A stretch of DNA of 63,701 nucleotides, filler included, from Octopus bimaculoides (taxonomy: Eukaryota): assembly GCF_001194135.2 (NCBI RefSeq). It is 10 parts of 8 records of this genome, joined end to end, with 100 filler letters (N's around TTAATTAATTAA, not from the genome) between each part and the next. Parts side by side here need not be neighbours in the genome. Positions count along the whole stretch, not along the records: positions 57,764 to 62,512 come from NC_068986.1; positions 62,613 to 63,701 come from NC_068997.1; 8 more parts are not named here. One strand, written 5' to 3'. The position numbers were made by a program, and so were the translations under genes. The notes under the pieces are model-generated. The model saw only the letters and a program-made list of their open reading frames with translations. It had not been told where the DNA came from and ran no database searches. This document shows, in pieces, positions 60,460 through 63,701 of the stretch (position 1 is its first letter; every line of letters starts with the position of its first letter).

Positions 60460-61438
60460 GTATATATATATATACATATATATATATATGGATATGTATA
60501 TATATGCATATATATATATATATATGTGTGTGTGTGTNNNNNNNNNNNNNNNNNNNNNNNNNNNNNNNNNNNNNNNNNNNNNNNNNNNNNNNNNNNNNNN
60601 NNNNNNNNNNNNNNNNNNNNNNNNNNNNNNNNNNNNNNNNNNNNNNNNNNNNNNNNNNNNNNNNNNNNNNNNNNNNNNNNNNNNNNNNNNNNNNNNNNNN
60701 NNNNNNNNNNNNNNNNNNNNNNNNNNNNNNNNNNNNNNNNNNNNNNNNNNNNNNNNNNNNNNNNNNNNNNNNNNNNNNNNNNNNNNNNNNNNNNNNNNNN
60801 NNNNNNNNNNNNNNNNNNNNNNNNNNNNNNNNNNNNNNNNNNNNNNNNNNNNNNNNNNNNNNNNNNNNNNNNNNNNNNNNNNNNNNNNNNNNNNNNNNNN
60901 NNNNNNNNNNNNNNNNNNNNNNNNNNNNNNNNNNNNNNNNNNNNNNNNNNNNNNNNNNNNNNNNNNNNNNNNNNNNNNNNNNNNNNNNNNNNNNNNNNNN
61001 NNNNNNNNNNNNNNNNNNNNNNNNNNNNNNNNNNNNNNNNNNNNNNNNNNNNNNNNNNNNNNNNNNNNNNNNNNNNNNNNNNNNNNNNNNNNNNNNNNNN
61101 NNNNNNNNNNNNNNNNNNNNNNNNNNNNNNNNNNNNNNNNNNNNNNNNNNNNNNNNNNNNNNNNNNNNNNNNNNNNNNNNNNNNNNNNNNNNNNNNNNNN
61201 NNNNNNNNNNNNNNNNNNNNNNNNNNNNNNNNNNNNNNNNNNNNNNNNNNNNNNNNNNNNNNNNNNNNNNNNNNNNNNNNNNNNNNNNNNNNNNNNNNNN
61301 NNNNNNNNNNNNNNNNNNNNNNNNNNNNNNNNNNNNNNNNNNNNNNNNNNNNNNNNNNNNNNNNNNNNNNNNNNNNNNNNNNNNNNNNNNNNNNNNNNNN
61401 NNNNNNNNNNNNNNNNNNNNNNNNNNNNNNNNNNNNNN

Positions 61439-61487
<49 letters not shown>

Positions 61488-61502
61488 CATATGTACGTAT
61501 GT

Positions 61503-61890
61503 TCTTTTATTTGTTTCAGTCATTTGACTGCGGCCATGCGGGAGCACCACATTTAGTCGAACAAATCGAGCCCAGGACTTATTCCTTGTAAGCCTAGTAG
61601 TTATTCTATCGGGTATTTTTGCCGAACCGCTTAGTTACGTGGTCGTAAACACACCAGCATCGGTTGCCAAACGATGGTAGGTGGGAGAAACAGGCACACA
61701 AACATACACACACACACACACACACACAGACACACATACACACATTTATATATACATCTACCAAATCCACTCACAAGTCTTTGGTCGACCCGAGGCTATT
61801 GTAGAAGACACTTGCCCAAGATCCCACGAAGTGAAACTGAACCTAAAACCATGTGGCTGGTAGGCAAGCTACCTACCACATAGCCACTCA
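61503..61890 (-). mobile_element. SINE family A, near full length
   Basis: TTTGTTTCAGTCATTTGACTGCGGCCATGC..(CA)n..TCTACCAAATCCACTCACAA..GGAACCATGTGG-like head. Confidence 0.85.
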
Positions 61891-61910
61891 TGTGCCTGTA
61901 GCCACTCCTG

Positions 61911-61943
<33 letters not shown>

Positions 61944-62444
61944 TGTATGTATGTATGTATGTATAGATGTATATATTGATGCTTCATTTCATGTCAATAT
62001 ATATGTATAAACAATTTAACTTGAGATTGAGGGTATATAGTATACATTTTAGTAGAATGTATACCTATTTAGTCTTGCTTCTAAAAAAACTAATAAATAT
62101 TGTTACGTGTACATATGTGAGCATGAATATGTATTTATAAGTGTACATGTATATGTATGTGTGTGCGTACATATACAAACATATGTGTTTGTATGAATGC
62201 ACGTATGTGCATAAATGTAATAAGTATAATAATAAATTTAATGTATATGTGTAAATAAATACTTACACATCGTATTCTTTACCCAGTTATTCTATGCAAA
62301 TTCATTCAAAGATTCATTTTTCTGGACATTTCATTTTGTTGGAAAATTTTTAATGCTTTATTAATGTCTGCATAACAATTAATGTATGTTACTGAACTAC
62401 ATCTCTCCCTCTCTTTATATCTCTCTTTCTGATTTACACGCACA

Positions 62445-62512
<68 letters not shown>

Positions 62513-63013
62513 NNNNNNNNNNNNNNNNNNNNNNNNNNNNNNNNNNNNNNNNNNNNTTAATTAATTAANNNNNNNNNNNNNNNNNNNNNNNNNNNNNNNN
62601 NNNNNNNNNNNNATTGCTCACGTGTTATTGACTCTCTTTCCATCTGCTGTAAACACTCATACACACATGTATCACTCACATACACACTTTTCTTTGTATG
62701 ACGGCCTGTCTTTGATTATGTTCTTATATGTCGCATTCACACTCTCACACAGACATACATCTTTAACGCCATAATAAATATCTCTGTTATTCATCTAATA
62801 CGGTTGTGGTCTTTCATTACTGGTCATCTATGTTATCGTCGCATAACATATCATGTATATCATCTTTGATATATATTATTTTGTGTTCGACCATGTGACG
62901 CGTTTAAATAAAAGGAGTCCTCTGTTTTTCCATTCGTCACCAATACACCTTTTTGAGTTCGCACGGTCGTACCTTACACCCCGACTAAACACTAAACATA
63001 TCAGCTTCTGCCT

Positions 63014-63440
63014 TTAAAAAGAATGATCCATGAAGGTACCCAACAAATCATAAAAGGAATCATTCGACTGAGTAGTCTTAGAAGAAATGTCTTTCAACAT
63101 TGAACATGTCACTGTACAAAAAGGAAAAATATCAGGAAAATCACCCTTCAACTTTCCTGCATTGATGGAACTCTCTGGAGAAACAGTGACAATAGAATCA
63201 GCACCAACTTTGGATCCCATAAGATCATTCCTGATCAACAAATTGACACCTGGAACTGGGAGAGTCCAGAACACTTACTTTCACTTCACCAGAAATTAAA
63301 TCTAAACTCACAAAATGGAGAGGAGCAGGAAAAATTACCACCTGTACTGTGAGGCAAAACATCTGGGTCTGTTGAAGACTCAGCACAAAAAGGCAAAACA
63401 TCTGTAGTAACGCCGTGCGCATGCATAGTCTCACGCATGC
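63014..63440 (-). pseudogene. Ty3/Gypsy LTR retrotransposon protease-region fragment
   Basis: Frameshifted minus strand TDVLPFCAESS, PLHFVSLDLISGEVKVSV, LPVPGVNLLIRNDLMGSKV, FPDIFPFCTVTCSM, matching the Gypsy LPVxGVxLxLGNDLxG motif. Confidence 0.75.
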
Positions 63441-63701
63441 GTGGAATTAAACAAGCAAGCGTTCCCGCTTAATTCTATCTCTTTTACAGTCGGCCGACCA
63501 TGAGCATTGGACGTGTTAAGCTGTCTCTCTACACCTTTCGGACTTACACTCGACAGCTCGCTTGCAACTACATACCCACGTCCCAACAACTATGCTCATA
63601 CACACAGAAGCTGTAACAACAAGAACTAAAGATGTATATATTTACCACCTGAATAAATGTTGTTTAAGTTGATAGTCTGGAGTTCAGCGTTCCGTTATAT
63701 T

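Noticed and set aside
6040-61591. Long ORFs in the track filled with X, or with YI/CV/TH/LS dipeptide runs
   Set aside because: Produced by N gaps and di- or tetranucleotide microsatellites; no coding evidence.

Overview
AT-rich, gap-riddled eukaryotic scaffold segment that is almost entirely repeat-derived. The SINE families and microsatellite density look like an octopod cephalopod genome (my recognition, not a database result). I recognise no intact host gene, rRNA, genuine tRNA gene or CRISPR array. Nearly all entries in the ORF track are artefacts of N runs or simple repeats. Supportable content: (1) more than 30 copies of tRNA-derived SINE families, labelled A-D here; (2) decayed retroelement fragments: R4/Dong-like RLE LINEs, RTE, CR1, Gypsy protease and three Penelope-like (PLE) pieces; (3) decayed DNA transposons: hAT, DD37D/maT, Tc1 and TA-flanked MITEs; (4) long palindromes and two kb-scale inverted duplications. 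The most interesting signal is a set of type I hammerhead-ribozyme motifs: a near-canonical one with a long interrupted stem I (13651-13721), two minimal A6->U core variants in a PLE terminal repeat (28633-28670, 30066-30102), and one inside a tRNA-headed SINE (2463-2712) whose tail also occurs inverted against a Penelope RT (50641-51110). Together these suggest a PLE-mobilised, ribozyme-bearing SINE. A few unique-sequence islands with splice-like signals are flagged at low confidence.
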